Of a DNA stretch of 64,000 bases, positions 56,296-64,000 are shown in pieces. Position numbers and translations under genes: made by a program. The stretch lies in contig NZ_JACHJJ010000017.1 of assembly GCF_014203605.1 (NCBI RefSeq), positions 111,192 through 175,191 on the forward strand, read 5' to 3'. Source of the DNA: Planomonospora venezuelensis (GTDB taxonomy: Bacteria > Actinomycetota > Actinomycetes > Streptosporangiales > Streptosporangiaceae). Every line of letters starts with the position of its first letter. The stretch's first letter is position 1. A model generated the notes under the pieces. The model made no database searches, was not told the origin of the DNA, and worked only from the letters and a program-made list of their open reading frames with translations.

Positions 56296-56898
56296 ATGTT
56301 CACCGATCGATCCACCGTGCGCAGGATCGCGCTGACCGCCGCGGCGGGGGCCGGCGCCCTGACGCTGCTCGCCGCCTGCGGCGGCGGTGATCGGCCGGCG
56401 GCCGACGGCGGTCCCACCGCGAGCGTGCAGCCGTCGGCCTCGTTCAACGACACCGACGTCGCCTTCGCCCAGATGATGATCCCGCACCACCGGCAGGCCG
56501 TGGAGATGGCCGAGCTGGCCGGCACCCGGGCGGCCGACGCGGAGGTCAAGGCGCTGGCGGCGAAGATCAAGGCCGCCCAGGACCCGGAGATCGCCACCAT
56601 GACCGGCTGGCTGGCGGCGTGGGGCAGGCCCGTCGAGCCCGGTGAGGGGCACGGCGGCCACGGCGTGGCGGGCATGACGTCCGAGGACGACATGGCCGCG
56701 CTGGAGCAGGCCAGGGGCGCGGCCTTCGACCGCATGTTCACCGAGCTGATGACCGCCCACCACCAGGGCGCGATCGAGATGGCCAGGACCGAGCAGGCCC
56801 GGGGCGCCAGCCCCGAGGCCAGACAGCTCGCCAAGACCATCGAACTCGCCCAGCAGGCCGAGGTCGATCAGATGAGCCAGCTCATCGACCGCCTCTGA
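56296..56898 (+). CDS. DUF305-family lipoprotein, usually copper-associated
   Basis: Lipobox LTLLAACGG and duplicated DUF305 helices (DVAFAQMMIPHHRQAVEMAE.. and FDRMFTELMTAHHQGAIEMAR..). Confidence 0.75.
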   Translation: MFTDRSTVRRIALTAAAGAGALTLLAACGGGDRPAADGGPTASVQPSASFNDTDVAFAQMMIPHHRQAVEMAELAGTRAADAEVKALAAKIKAAQDPEIATMTGWLAAWGRPVEPGEGHGGHGVAGMTSEDDMAALEQARGAAFDRMFTELMTAHHQGAIEMARTEQARGASPEARQLAKTIELAQQAEVDQMSQLIDRL

Positions 56899-57162
56899 AC
56901 GCTCCCACCGGCCGGGGCGCGCATACGGACGGCACGGCGTCCTCGCACTCCCCACCCGGACGGGACCGACGGAGACGGTCCCGACACCCCCGGACCCGGA
57001 GGCGCCATGCTCGTGGCTGGTCGCCCCGTATCCGACGACCGGCGGTGAGGCTTCCCCGGGGCGCCGCCCCCACCTGGCCGTCTCCGAGACCGGCCGTGGA
57101 TCCCGGCCCGCTCCCGGCTTTCAAGATCTTGATTTTTACCCAGGAGCACTATACTTCGCGAT

Positions 57163-57777
57163 ATGTCGGGTGATCTGGTGCCGGAGCGCCGCGACCTACG
57201 CGTCTCGCACGAAGAGCGCGATCAGGTCGCGGAGCAGCTCAGAATGGCCGCGGGCGACGGCCGTCTCACGATGGAGGAGCTCGACCAGCGGCTCGAGGTG
57301 GCGCTGGGAGCACGCACGTACGGCGAGCTCGAAGCCGTCCTGCGAGACCTGCCGCCCGCCGCCGGCGCGGCCCGGGTGCCCGCCCCGGCGCCCAAGGAGC
57401 TCATCCGGCTGAAGGCCACCAGCGGCCAGATCCGGCGGGACGGGGCGTGGGCGGTGCCGAGCCGCCTGGAGGTGGAGATCGCCAGCGGGTCCGCGGTCCT
57501 CGACTTCACCCAGGCCCTCATCACGCAGCCGGCCTTGGACCTCTCGGTGGCGGTCGGCAGCGGCCAGTTGTCGCTGATCGTGCCGCCCGACGTGGCGGTG
57601 GACGTCGGCAGCGTCACGGTTCGCAGCGGCAGCGTCCGGCAGCGCGTGCGGCTCGACCCCGGCACGCCGGTCAGACTGATGGTCACCGTTTCGGGCTCGG
57701 TGAAGAGCGGGAGCGTCGTCGTCCGGCGACCGCGCCGCAGCTTCTGGGACTGGCTGCGCCGCCGCCCGCTCCCCTGA
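57163..57777 (+). CDS. DUF1707 domain protein with a LiaF-C-like beta-rich tail
   Basis: N-terminal SHEERDQVAEQLRMAAGDGRLTMEELDQRLEVAL (DUF1707), then a repetitive beta-strand region. Confidence 0.6.
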   Translation: MSGDLVPERRDLRVSHEERDQVAEQLRMAAGDGRLTMEELDQRLEVALGARTYGELEAVLRDLPPAAGAARVPAPAPKELIRLKATSGQIRRDGAWAVPSRLEVEIASGSAVLDFTQALITQPALDLSVAVGSGQLSLIVPPDVAVDVGSVTVRSGSVRQRVRLDPGTPVRLMVTVSGSVKSGSVVVRRPRRSFWDWLRRRPLP

Positions 57778-57917
57778 GGGTCCGCACCGGCCTGCGAGCG
57801 GGATTCCGCGGAGCGCCGCACGGGAGAGGGACTCCGCCCGAGGATTGACGGCGCCCAGGGATTGACGGCGGCCGAGGATTGACGGCGGCCCGAACACATC
57901 TGGCATGCTGGGGAGGC

Positions 57918-58295
57918 ATGACCATGGATGTCAGGTACAACCCCGTTGTCGGCTGGCTGTTCATCGTCCTGGGCGGTGTGGGTGCGGTTCTCCAGGTCTG
58001 GCTGCTCCTCCTCGGAAGCTTCTCCGTCTTCATCATCTTCTCGGTGTTCTTCCTGATCGCCGGCGCCGTCTCACTCCGCAGGACGTACTTCTCCGTCTAT
58101 CCCGGCGGAGCCACGACGTACGCCATGATCGGCCCGGCCAAGCGCGACTTCTCCGTCGGCGACCGGCAGCCGCTGACCCTGGAGGGCGGCCGCCTGGTCG
58201 TCCGGCTGGAGAACGGCAAACGCAGGACGGTCGGCTCCCGCGCCATGTCCCACCCCGCCGACTGGAAGAGGCTGGCCGCCGCCATGAACGGGTGA
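57918..58295 (+). CDS. Small membrane protein (2 TM + PH-like soluble tail), hypothetical
   Basis: MDVRYNPVVGWLFIVLGGVGAVLQVWLLLLGSFSVFIIFSVFFLIAGAVSL.. The ORF begins at 57879; ATG at 57918 or 57924. Confidence 0.45.
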   Translation: MTMDVRYNPVVGWLFIVLGGVGAVLQVWLLLLGSFSVFIIFSVFFLIAGAVSLRRTYFSVYPGGATTYAMIGPAKRDFSVGDRQPLTLEGGRLVVRLENGKRRTVGSRAMSHPADWKRLAAAMNG

Positions 58296-58296
58296 A

Positions 58297-58803
58297 TCAG
58301 GCCAGGGCGTACATCCGGATGGCGACGACGTCGCTCGCCGCCTCGCGGGCGAGACCGACGAAGACGGTCTCGGCGAGCCACCGGTGCGCCGGCGCGTCGG
58401 TGCGGAAGGCCGGCGACGTGCGGTAGTACACGCCGGCGCGGGACACCTGGAGGTCACCGTCGTACTGGTCGGGACACTGCGTGCCTTCGTGGTAGTACCC
58501 GCGGTTGACGATGTCGATGACCGCGCCGTCCTCCGCCTGGAGGAGGTAGCGGGCGTCCAGCTCGCAGACGCGACCGCGCATGTTCGACCAGTCGCCGCCG
58601 CCGGGCAGGACGGTCCCGCGCAGCAGCGGGCCCTCGACGGTGCCGCCGACGATCGGGGTGAACTCGGTCCTCTCGCCGTCTCCGTGCCCGACGTGCAGGG
58701 TGGGGGCGAGATGGGCGCGGATCTCGAACGCGAAGGTCAGCGCGGGGGCGAACGGGGCGCGGCCCTCAGGCGCGTTCGGCTCCGTGGAAATGGCGTCGGA
58801 CAT
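58297..58803 (-). CDS. DUF3237 (UPF0311) domain protein
   Basis: C-terminal 168 aa of the long ORF: ..LTFAFEIRAHLAPTLHVGHGDGERTEFTPIVGGTVEGPLLRGTVLPGGGDW.., a typical DUF3237 beta-barrel. Confidence 0.6.
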   Translation of the reverse strand: MSDAISTEPNAPEGRAPFAPALTFAFEIRAHLAPTLHVGHGDGERTEFTPIVGGTVEGPLLRGTVLPGGGDWSNMRGRVCELDARYLLQAEDGAVIDIVNRGYYHEGTQCPDQYDGDLQVSRAGVYYRTSPAFRTDAPAHRWLAETVFVGLAREAASDVVAIRMYALA

Positions 58804-58865
58804 GTTCGGCTCCATGGGTGTGTGCGGATTCGAGGAGTTCCCCGGGACGGACGACGGCGGCCGCG

Positions 58866-60566
58866 TCAGGGATTGCCGCTGCGGCGCTCGCGCGCCTGGC
58901 GGAGCTGGTCGGGCTGCCACCTGCCGATGCGCAGGCAGGAGGGCCGGGAACCGCCCAGGATGATCTCCCTGGTGACCGGCTCGCCGGGCAGGCTGCTCCA
59001 CGGATCGGCTCCGGCGGGGCACTCGGCGACGTACTCGGGGAAGTCGCTGCTCATGACGTCGAGCGCGAGGCGGTGCCCGGCACGCAGCCGGTAGGCGATG
59101 CTCTGCAGGTCCACGACGGCGTCCTCGCCGTCCAGCGGCACGTCGAGCCGGATCTGTCCCTTGGCGACGAGGAACGCGCCGCCGCCGGGCGCCACGTCCA
59201 GCAGGCGCGCGTGGACGTGCGCGCCCGCGGGGGCCCTGAGCCGCAGCAGCAGGGTCACCGCGCCGACCAGGTCGGCGTCCTCGCCGGTGGCGGGCCCGGT
59301 GAAGCGGAGCACGTCCCCGCGCCGCCCGACGGCGCTCAGGTCGGAGCGGTCGAACAGGGCCGCGAAGGGGTTGGCACCGACCGAGGGGACCAGGTCGGAC
59401 GGGTCGTGGGTCCACCGCAGCGAACCCGCCTCCGGGGCCGCCTCGGTGGCCAGGACGGGCACGGGGTCCGAGGACAGGTGGTACTCCAGGTCGGACGCCT
59501 GCCGGGGCGGCCAGACGTCGCTCTCGCCCCACCCGCCGTGGCAGACCTCGTAGCGCACCCGGGGCAGCGCCGCCAGGTCGCCGGAGCGGCCGAGGACGGC
59601 GTCGAAGAACTCGACCGCGGGGTCCAGGTACCGGGGCAGCATCCGGTCGAGGGCGGCGGGGTCGGCACCGTGGTCGGAGCCCGGGGTGACCGGGGCGTCG
59701 CCCAGCCGGTAGTTCTCGTGGTCGATGGCCTCCAGGCGGAGGTAGAGGCGCTCGGCCCACTCCGGCTCCCGCGACAGGGCGCGGACGTCGTGCCAGGACC
59801 AGATCGCGCAGTTGTCGAACCAGCCGATCGTGTACAGGGCCGGGACGGGAGGGCTCTCCAGCAGCGCCTTCAGCGGGGGCGGGACGAACCGGGACCCGCC
59901 GGTGAACTCGGCGTCGAAGTTGGGTGAGCGCTTCCCGAGCAGCTCGAAGAACTCCTCGAACGTCGCCCGCAGCGGGCGGCGGCCCCAGTCGGGCGCCCAC
60001 TCGTAGCGGTCGGCGTCCACGTAGTGGGAGGCGAAGTAGAACTTGCGGGCCGTCTGCTCGACGTCCCGTGTGCCGTCGCCGTACTCCAGCACCATCGAGA
60101 GCTGGGACCCCGTGACGCGCGGCGCGATGGCCTTCAGCGCGGGGTGGCCGCCGATGGCCGCGGCGATGGTGGTGTAGCCGTAGTAGGAGTCCCCCCACAT
60201 GACGACGTCCCCGTCGCACCACGGCTGCTCCGTGATCCACTGGATCGTGTCGCGGCCGTCGTCGGCCTCGTGGAGGCCGAACTCGGCCGCCCCCTCCGAC
60301 CGGTACTTGCCCCGGACGTCCTGGACCACGACGTGGTAGCCCCTGGCCAGGAAGTAGCGGCTGACGACGGGCATGAAGCAGTAGACGCCGTTCTTGTCGT
60401 ACGGCAGGCGGACCAGCACGACGGCGTTCGGGCGCGCCCCGGCCGGATCCGCCGCGCCGGCGAGATAGACGTCGGCGGCCAGCCGGACCCCGTCCCGCAT
60501 GGGGATCATGACCTGCTCGGCGTCCTGGGGCACGGCGGCCGGGCCTGTCTTCTTTATGGTCAGCAC
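58866..60566 (-). CDS. CocE/NonD-family (S15 X-Pro dipeptidyl-peptidase-like) alpha/beta hydrolase
   Basis: ..VRLPYDKNGVYC..GYHVVVQDVRGKYRSEG..WCDGDVVMWGDSYYGYT.. nucleophile elbow GDSYYG; 566 aa. Confidence 0.8.
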   Translation of the reverse strand: MLTIKKTGPAAVPQDAEQVMIPMRDGVRLAADVYLAGAADPAGARPNAVVLVRLPYDKNGVYCFMPVVSRYFLARGYHVVVQDVRGKYRSEGAAEFGLHEADDGRDTIQWITEQPWCDGDVVMWGDSYYGYTTIAAAIGGHPALKAIAPRVTGSQLSMVLEYGDGTRDVEQTARKFYFASHYVDADRYEWAPDWGRRPLRATFEEFFELLGKRSPNFDAEFTGGSRFVPPPLKALLESPPVPALYTIGWFDNCAIWSWHDVRALSREPEWAERLYLRLEAIDHENYRLGDAPVTPGSDHGADPAALDRMLPRYLDPAVEFFDAVLGRSGDLAALPRVRYEVCHGGWGESDVWPPRQASDLEYHLSSDPVPVLATEAAPEAGSLRWTHDPSDLVPSVGANPFAALFDRSDLSAVGRRGDVLRFTGPATGEDADLVGAVTLLLRLRAPAGAHVHARLLDVAPGGGAFLVAKGQIRLDVPLDGEDAVVDLQSIAYRLRAGHRLALDVMSSDFPEYVAECPAGADPWSSLPGEPVTREIILGGSRPSCLRIGRWQPDQLRQARERRSGNP

Positions 60567-60606
60567 GTGGTGTCTCCGTGGTTGTAGAGAGAAGCGGTGG
60601 AGCGGC

Positions 60607-61467
60607 TCAGAGCAGGTCGAGCGCGCGGCGGTCCCGGGCCACCCGGTCGAGGTCCCAGCCCGGTGAGGGGATCGAGTCGAGCAGCAGCCGGGTGTAGGGG
60701 TGCCGGGGACTGCGCAGGATCTGCTCGGTCTCGCCGCGCTCGACGATGCGGCCGTGCCGCATCACGATGGCGGTGTCGGTGATGTAGCGGACGACCGCCA
60801 GGTCGTGGCTGACGAAGACGTACGAGATGCCGGTGTCCCTGCGCAGGTCGTCGAGCAGGGTGAGGATCTGCGCCTGGATGGAGACGTCGAGCGCGGCCAC
60901 CGCCTCGTCCAGCACCAGGACGCGCGGCGCGACGCCGAGCGCGCGGGCGATCGCGGCCCGCTGCCGCTGCCCGCCCGACAGGTCGCGCGGGAGCGACTGC
61001 CCCGCCCGGCTGCTGAGCCCGACCTGGTCCAGGAGCTCGTCGACGCGGGCCCGGTGCTCCTTCCTGGAGCCCGGCGCGTGCAGCCGCATGGGTTCGGCGA
61101 TGGACTGGGCGATGGTCTGGCGCGGGTCGAAGGAGCCGTAGGGGTCCTGGAAGATCATCTGAAGCCGGCGCGCCTGCCGGAGGCGTGCGCGGCGCGAATG
61201 CCCCTCGACGGCCCTGCCGTCGAGGGTGACGGTCCCGGAGGTCGGCTGCTCCAGCCCGGCGAGGATGCGGGCCGTGGTCGTCTTGCCCGACCCCGACTCG
61301 CCGACGATCCCGAGCGAGGCGCCGGGCATCAGCTCGAAGCTCACGTCGTCGACCGCGGTGACGTGGCCGAACCTCTTCACCAGGGACGTCGCACTCAGCA
61401 CGGGTGCTTTCACGGCGTCACCCGTGCTCATGGCGTCACCCGTGCTCATGGCGTCACCCGTGCTCAT
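60607..61467 (-). CDS. Oligopeptide/dipeptide ABC transporter ATP-binding protein (DppF/OppF-like)
   Basis: Walker A GIVGESGSGKTT, signature LSGGQRQR, Walker B VLVLDEAV; N-terminal (MSTGDA)n repeat. Start chosen at the ATG that overlaps (ATGA) the dppD stop; the ORF extends to 61545. Confidence 0.85.
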   Translation of the reverse strand: MSTGDAMSTGDAMSTGDAVKAPVLSATSLVKRFGHVTAVDDVSFELMPGASLGIVGESGSGKTTTARILAGLEQPTSGTVTLDGRAVEGHSRRARLRQARRLQMIFQDPYGSFDPRQTIAQSIAEPMRLHAPGSRKEHRARVDELLDQVGLSSRAGQSLPRDLSGGQRQRAAIARALGVAPRVLVLDEAVAALDVSIQAQILTLLDDLRRDTGISYVFVSHDLAVVRYITDTAIVMRHGRIVERGETEQILRSPRHPYTRLLLDSIPSPGWDLDRVARDRRALDLL

Positions 61468-61482
61468 GGCGTCACCTGTTCC
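61411..61482 (-). repeat. 18-bp tandem repeat (CATGGCGTCACCCGTGCT, about 3.7 copies) encoding (MSTGDA)n at the dppD/dppF junction
   Basis: Three perfect copies plus one diverged copy; each copy carries an in-frame ATG. Confidence 0.8.
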
Positions 61483-62492
61483 GGACGGAGGCACGCGACG
61501 AGCGACGTCCCGTGCGGGCGGTGGGCGGGCACGGTCTCGGCGCACTCGTCGCCGGCGAGCGGGCAGCGGTCGCGGAACGCGCAGCCCGACGGCGCTTCGG
61601 CGAGTGCCCGCGGGCGTCCCCTGATCGCCTTGATCTCCGCTCTGCCGCCGTGCACGGACGGGCTCGCCTCCAGCAGCGCCCTGGTGTACGGATGGGCGGG
61701 TGCGCCGAAGAGCGAGGCGCCTGCGGACTCCTCCACGATGCGGCCGGCGTACATGACGTAGACGCGGTCGCAGATGGCGGCGGCGAGGTCGAGGTCGTGC
61801 GTGACGAAGAGCATGCCGGTGCCGTGGGCCCGCTGCATCTCCTTCAGCAGTCCGATCACCTCGGCCTGGGTGGTGACGTCGAGGGCGGTGGTGGGCTCGT
61901 CGGCCAGGAGCAGCTCCGGTTCCGTCGACAGCGCTCCGGCGATCACGACCCGCTGGAGCATGCCTCCGGAGAACTCGTGCGGGAAGCGCCCCATCGCGCC
62001 CTTCGGATCGCGGATGCCGACCTGGCCGAGCAGGTCCAGCGCCTGCTCGGCGGCCCCGCGCGCGGGCACGCCGCGCGCCCGCAGCCCCTCGGTGAGGTAG
62101 TCGCCGATGCGGCGTACCGGGTTGATCGAGGCCCGCGGGTCCTGGAAGATCATCGAGACCCGGGTGCGCCGCAGGTCGCGCAGTTCCCTGTACCCGGCGG
62201 CGAGCACGTCGACGCCGGAGACCGTGACGCCGCCGGTGGCGCGCGCACCGCGGGGCAGCATGCCCAGGGCGCTCCGGGCGGTCAGCGACTTGCCCGAGCC
62301 GGACTCTCCGACCAGGCCGACGGTCTCCCCCCGCCCCACCCTGACGGTGACGTCGGCGAGCAGGGGGATCTCACTCTCTCCGGTGCCGACGGCGAGGCTC
62401 AGCCGGGAGATGCCGAGGGCGTCCCGCCGGGTCCCGGCTCCCCCGTCCGGGGCCTCCTCGCGCGCCGGCGTCTTCTTCGCGAGCACCTTCAC
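61464..62492 (-). CDS. Oligopeptide/dipeptide ABC transporter ATP-binding protein (DppD/OppD-like)
   Basis: Walker A GLVGESGSGKS, LSGGMLQR, LLLADEPTTALD; C-terminal oligopeptide-transporter extension. Confidence 0.85.
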   Translation of the reverse strand: MKVLAKKTPAREEAPDGGAGTRRDALGISRLSLAVGTGESEIPLLADVTVRVGRGETVGLVGESGSGKSLTARSALGMLPRGARATGGVTVSGVDVLAAGYRELRDLRRTRVSMIFQDPRASINPVRRIGDYLTEGLRARGVPARGAAEQALDLLGQVGIRDPKGAMGRFPHEFSGGMLQRVVIAGALSTEPELLLADEPTTALDVTTQAEVIGLLKEMQRAHGTGMLFVTHDLDLAAAICDRVYVMYAGRIVEESAGASLFGAPAHPYTRALLEASPSVHGGRAEIKAIRGRPRALAEAPSGCAFRDRCPLAGDECAETVPAHRPHGTSLVACLRPEQVTP

Positions 62493-63358
62493 GCTCCCTC
62501 ACTCTGCTTGCGGCCGATGGACCCGCCGAGGTGCTCGCCCAGCACGTTGACGCTCACGACGGTCAGCAGGACCGCGAGACCGGGCAGCAGCCCGCTCCAC
62601 GGCTCGCCCTGCAGGATGGCGCTGCGCGCCTGGCTGATCATCGAGCCCCAGTCCGCGTCCGGCGGCCGGACGCCGAGCCCCAGGTAGGACAGGGCCGCCA
62701 GGTCCACCAGCGCGTATCCGAAGGCCAGGGTGCTCTGCGCGATGAGAACCGGCATCACGTTGGGCAGCAGGTGGCGGAGCGTCACCCACAGCTCGCCGAA
62801 GCCCATGACGCGGTAGCTCTCCATGTACGGCCGCGCCCCCTCCTGGATCGCCACGCTGCGCACGACGCGGCCCACGAAGGGCGTGTAGCTGACGGCCAGG
62901 GCGCAGATGGGGGCGGTGAGCCCCGGCCCGGACACCGCCACGACGAGCATCGCCAGCAGCAGGCTGGGGAAGGCGAAGACGATGTCCATGCCGCGCGAGA
63001 CCACCGCGTCGGCCCAGCCTCCCGCACGGGCGGCGAGCAGGCCGAGCGCGATCCCGAGCACCCCCGACAGCAGCACCACGCCCAGGGGCGCGAGCAGGGA
63101 GAGCCGGGCGCCGTACATGACCCTGGACAGCACGTCCCGGCCGGTGGAGTCGGTGCCCAGCCAGTGCCCCTCGGTGCCCGGGGGCAGCAGGGAGTCCAGC
63201 AGGCTCGTGGCGTCCGGGGAATGCGGCGCGAGCACGGGGGCCAGCAGCCCCGCGACGGCGACGAGGAGCAGGAACCCGGCCGCGAACGGGACGATGAGCG
63301 GCCGGCGCCGTCCTCTTCTGGCGCTCCGTGCCCGGAGCGCGGGAATCGTCAGGGTCAT
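62489..63358 (-). CDS. Peptide ABC transporter permease (DppC/OppC-like)
   Basis: 6-TM permease with an EAA-like loop (..ESYRVMGFGELWVTLRHLLPN..); internal ATG (MTLTIPAL) at 63358, ATGA overlap with dppD. Confidence 0.8.
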   Translation of the reverse strand: MTLTIPALRARSARRGRRRPLIVPFAAGFLLLVAVAGLLAPVLAPHSPDATSLLDSLLPPGTEGHWLGTDSTGRDVLSRVMYGARLSLLAPLGVVLLSGVLGIALGLLAARAGGWADAVVSRGMDIVFAFPSLLLAMLVVAVSGPGLTAPICALAVSYTPFVGRVVRSVAIQEGARPYMESYRVMGFGELWVTLRHLLPNVMPVLIAQSTLAFGYALVDLAALSYLGLGVRPPDADWGSMISQARSAILQGEPWSGLLPGLAVLLTVVSVNVLGEHLGGSIGRKQSEGA

Positions 63359-64000
63359 CGGCCGGCTCCTCCCAGCGCCACGCGCGGATCGATGAACGGC
63401 ATCGCCAGGTCCACCAGCGTGTTGACGACCACGAACAGCAGGACCGCGATGAGGGCGATGCCCTGCACGACGGGGAAGTCCCGCCGTGACACGGAGCTGA
63501 CCAGCAGGGAGCCGACGCCGTCCAGGCCGAACGCGGTCTCGACGACGGCGGTGCCGACGAACAGGCTCGCGAACAGCAGGCCGACGATCGTGAGCATGGG
63601 CGCGAGCGCGTTGCGCACCACGTGCCTGCGGATCACGGCGGCGGCGCCCACCCCGCGGCTGCGCGCCACCTCCACGTGCTCGCGGCGCAGCTCCTCGGCG
63701 AACGCCGCGTTGCCGACCCGGGCCAGGACGCCGAAGGCGACGATCGCCATGGCGACCGCGGGCAGGGTCAGGTGCCACAGCCGGTCGGCCAGGCCGGTTC
63801 CCGCGCCGGTGGCGGGGAACCAGCCGAGGCCGACCGAGAAGAGCGCCAGGAGCCCGATGGCCGACACGAACGTCGGCGTGGCGGTGGTGACCGCCGCCGC
63901 CATGCCCGCCGCCCGGTTGACCAGGCCGCCCTTGACCGCGGACACCAGCGCCACCGCGAGGCCGGACACGACCGCCAGGACCGCCGAGTACAGGATCAGC
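63355..64000 (-). CDS. Peptide ABC transporter permease (DppB/OppB-like); the 5' end runs off the window
   Basis: C-terminal part with the EAA loop (EELRREHVEVARSRGVGAAAVIRRHVVRNALAP) and TM helices; the reading frame continues to the window edge. Confidence 0.7.
   Translation of the reverse strand, partial: LILYSAVLAVVSGLAVALVSAVKGGLVNRAAGMAAAVTTATPTFVSAIGLLALFSVGLGWFPATGAGTGLADRLWHLTLPAVAMAIVAFGVLARVGNAAFAEELRREHVEVARSRGVGAAAVIRRHVVRNALAPMLTIVGLLFASLFVGTAVVETAFGLDGVGSLLVSSVSRRDFPVVQGIALIAVLLFVVVNTLVDLAMPFIDPRVALGGAGR

Overview
This 64-kb window is very high-GC (about 72%) actinomycete chromosomal DNA, Streptomyces/Streptosporangiales-like, with GTG starts, strong GC3 bias and many 4-nt GTGA/ATGA gene overlaps. 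I can support about 55 genes and found no rRNA, tRNA or CRISPR. Housekeeping and accessory content, in order:
- a sugar ABC transporter (MalF/MalG-like permeases);
- ung (uracil-DNA glycosylase);
- two paralogous PF04672-type SAM methyltransferases;
- a MerR/B12-type regulator next to an ECF sigma factor (LitR/LitS-like);
- an MMPL transporter;
- the glgX(treX)-treY-treZ trehalose operon beside a large AfsR/SARP regulator;
- a membrane-anchored trypsin-like protease;
- a Gfo/Idh/MocA oxidoreductase and prfC;
- a carotenoid-cleavage oxygenase, an intradiol dioxygenase, a CsoR-DUF305 copper module, a CocE/NonD hydrolase and a dppBCDF-like peptide ABC transporter.
Two loci stand out. The first, at about 28.9-42.7 kb, is a translationally coupled operon of an NfeD-like gene, a flotillin, a 1,666-aa P-loop ATPase and a YpfJ-type Zn-peptidase. 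It is bracketed by two paralogous PP2C phosphatases and followed by an HTH-N6-methyltransferase-like gene and a Ser/Thr kinase. The second, at about 51.1-54.9 kb, is an SD-driven 35-aa sORF followed by a SagB-type (nitroreductase-fold) dehydrogenase, an alanine-racemase-fold PLP enzyme and an MFS exporter, with no YcaO partner. I read it as a possible non-canonical RiPP-like peptide-modification cluster. A NicO/RcnA-like Ni/Co transporter fusion with a (His-Gly)n microsatellite, coupled to TPR and DUF4331 genes, is a third item of interest. All calls come from reading translations and motifs by eye; no database searches were run.
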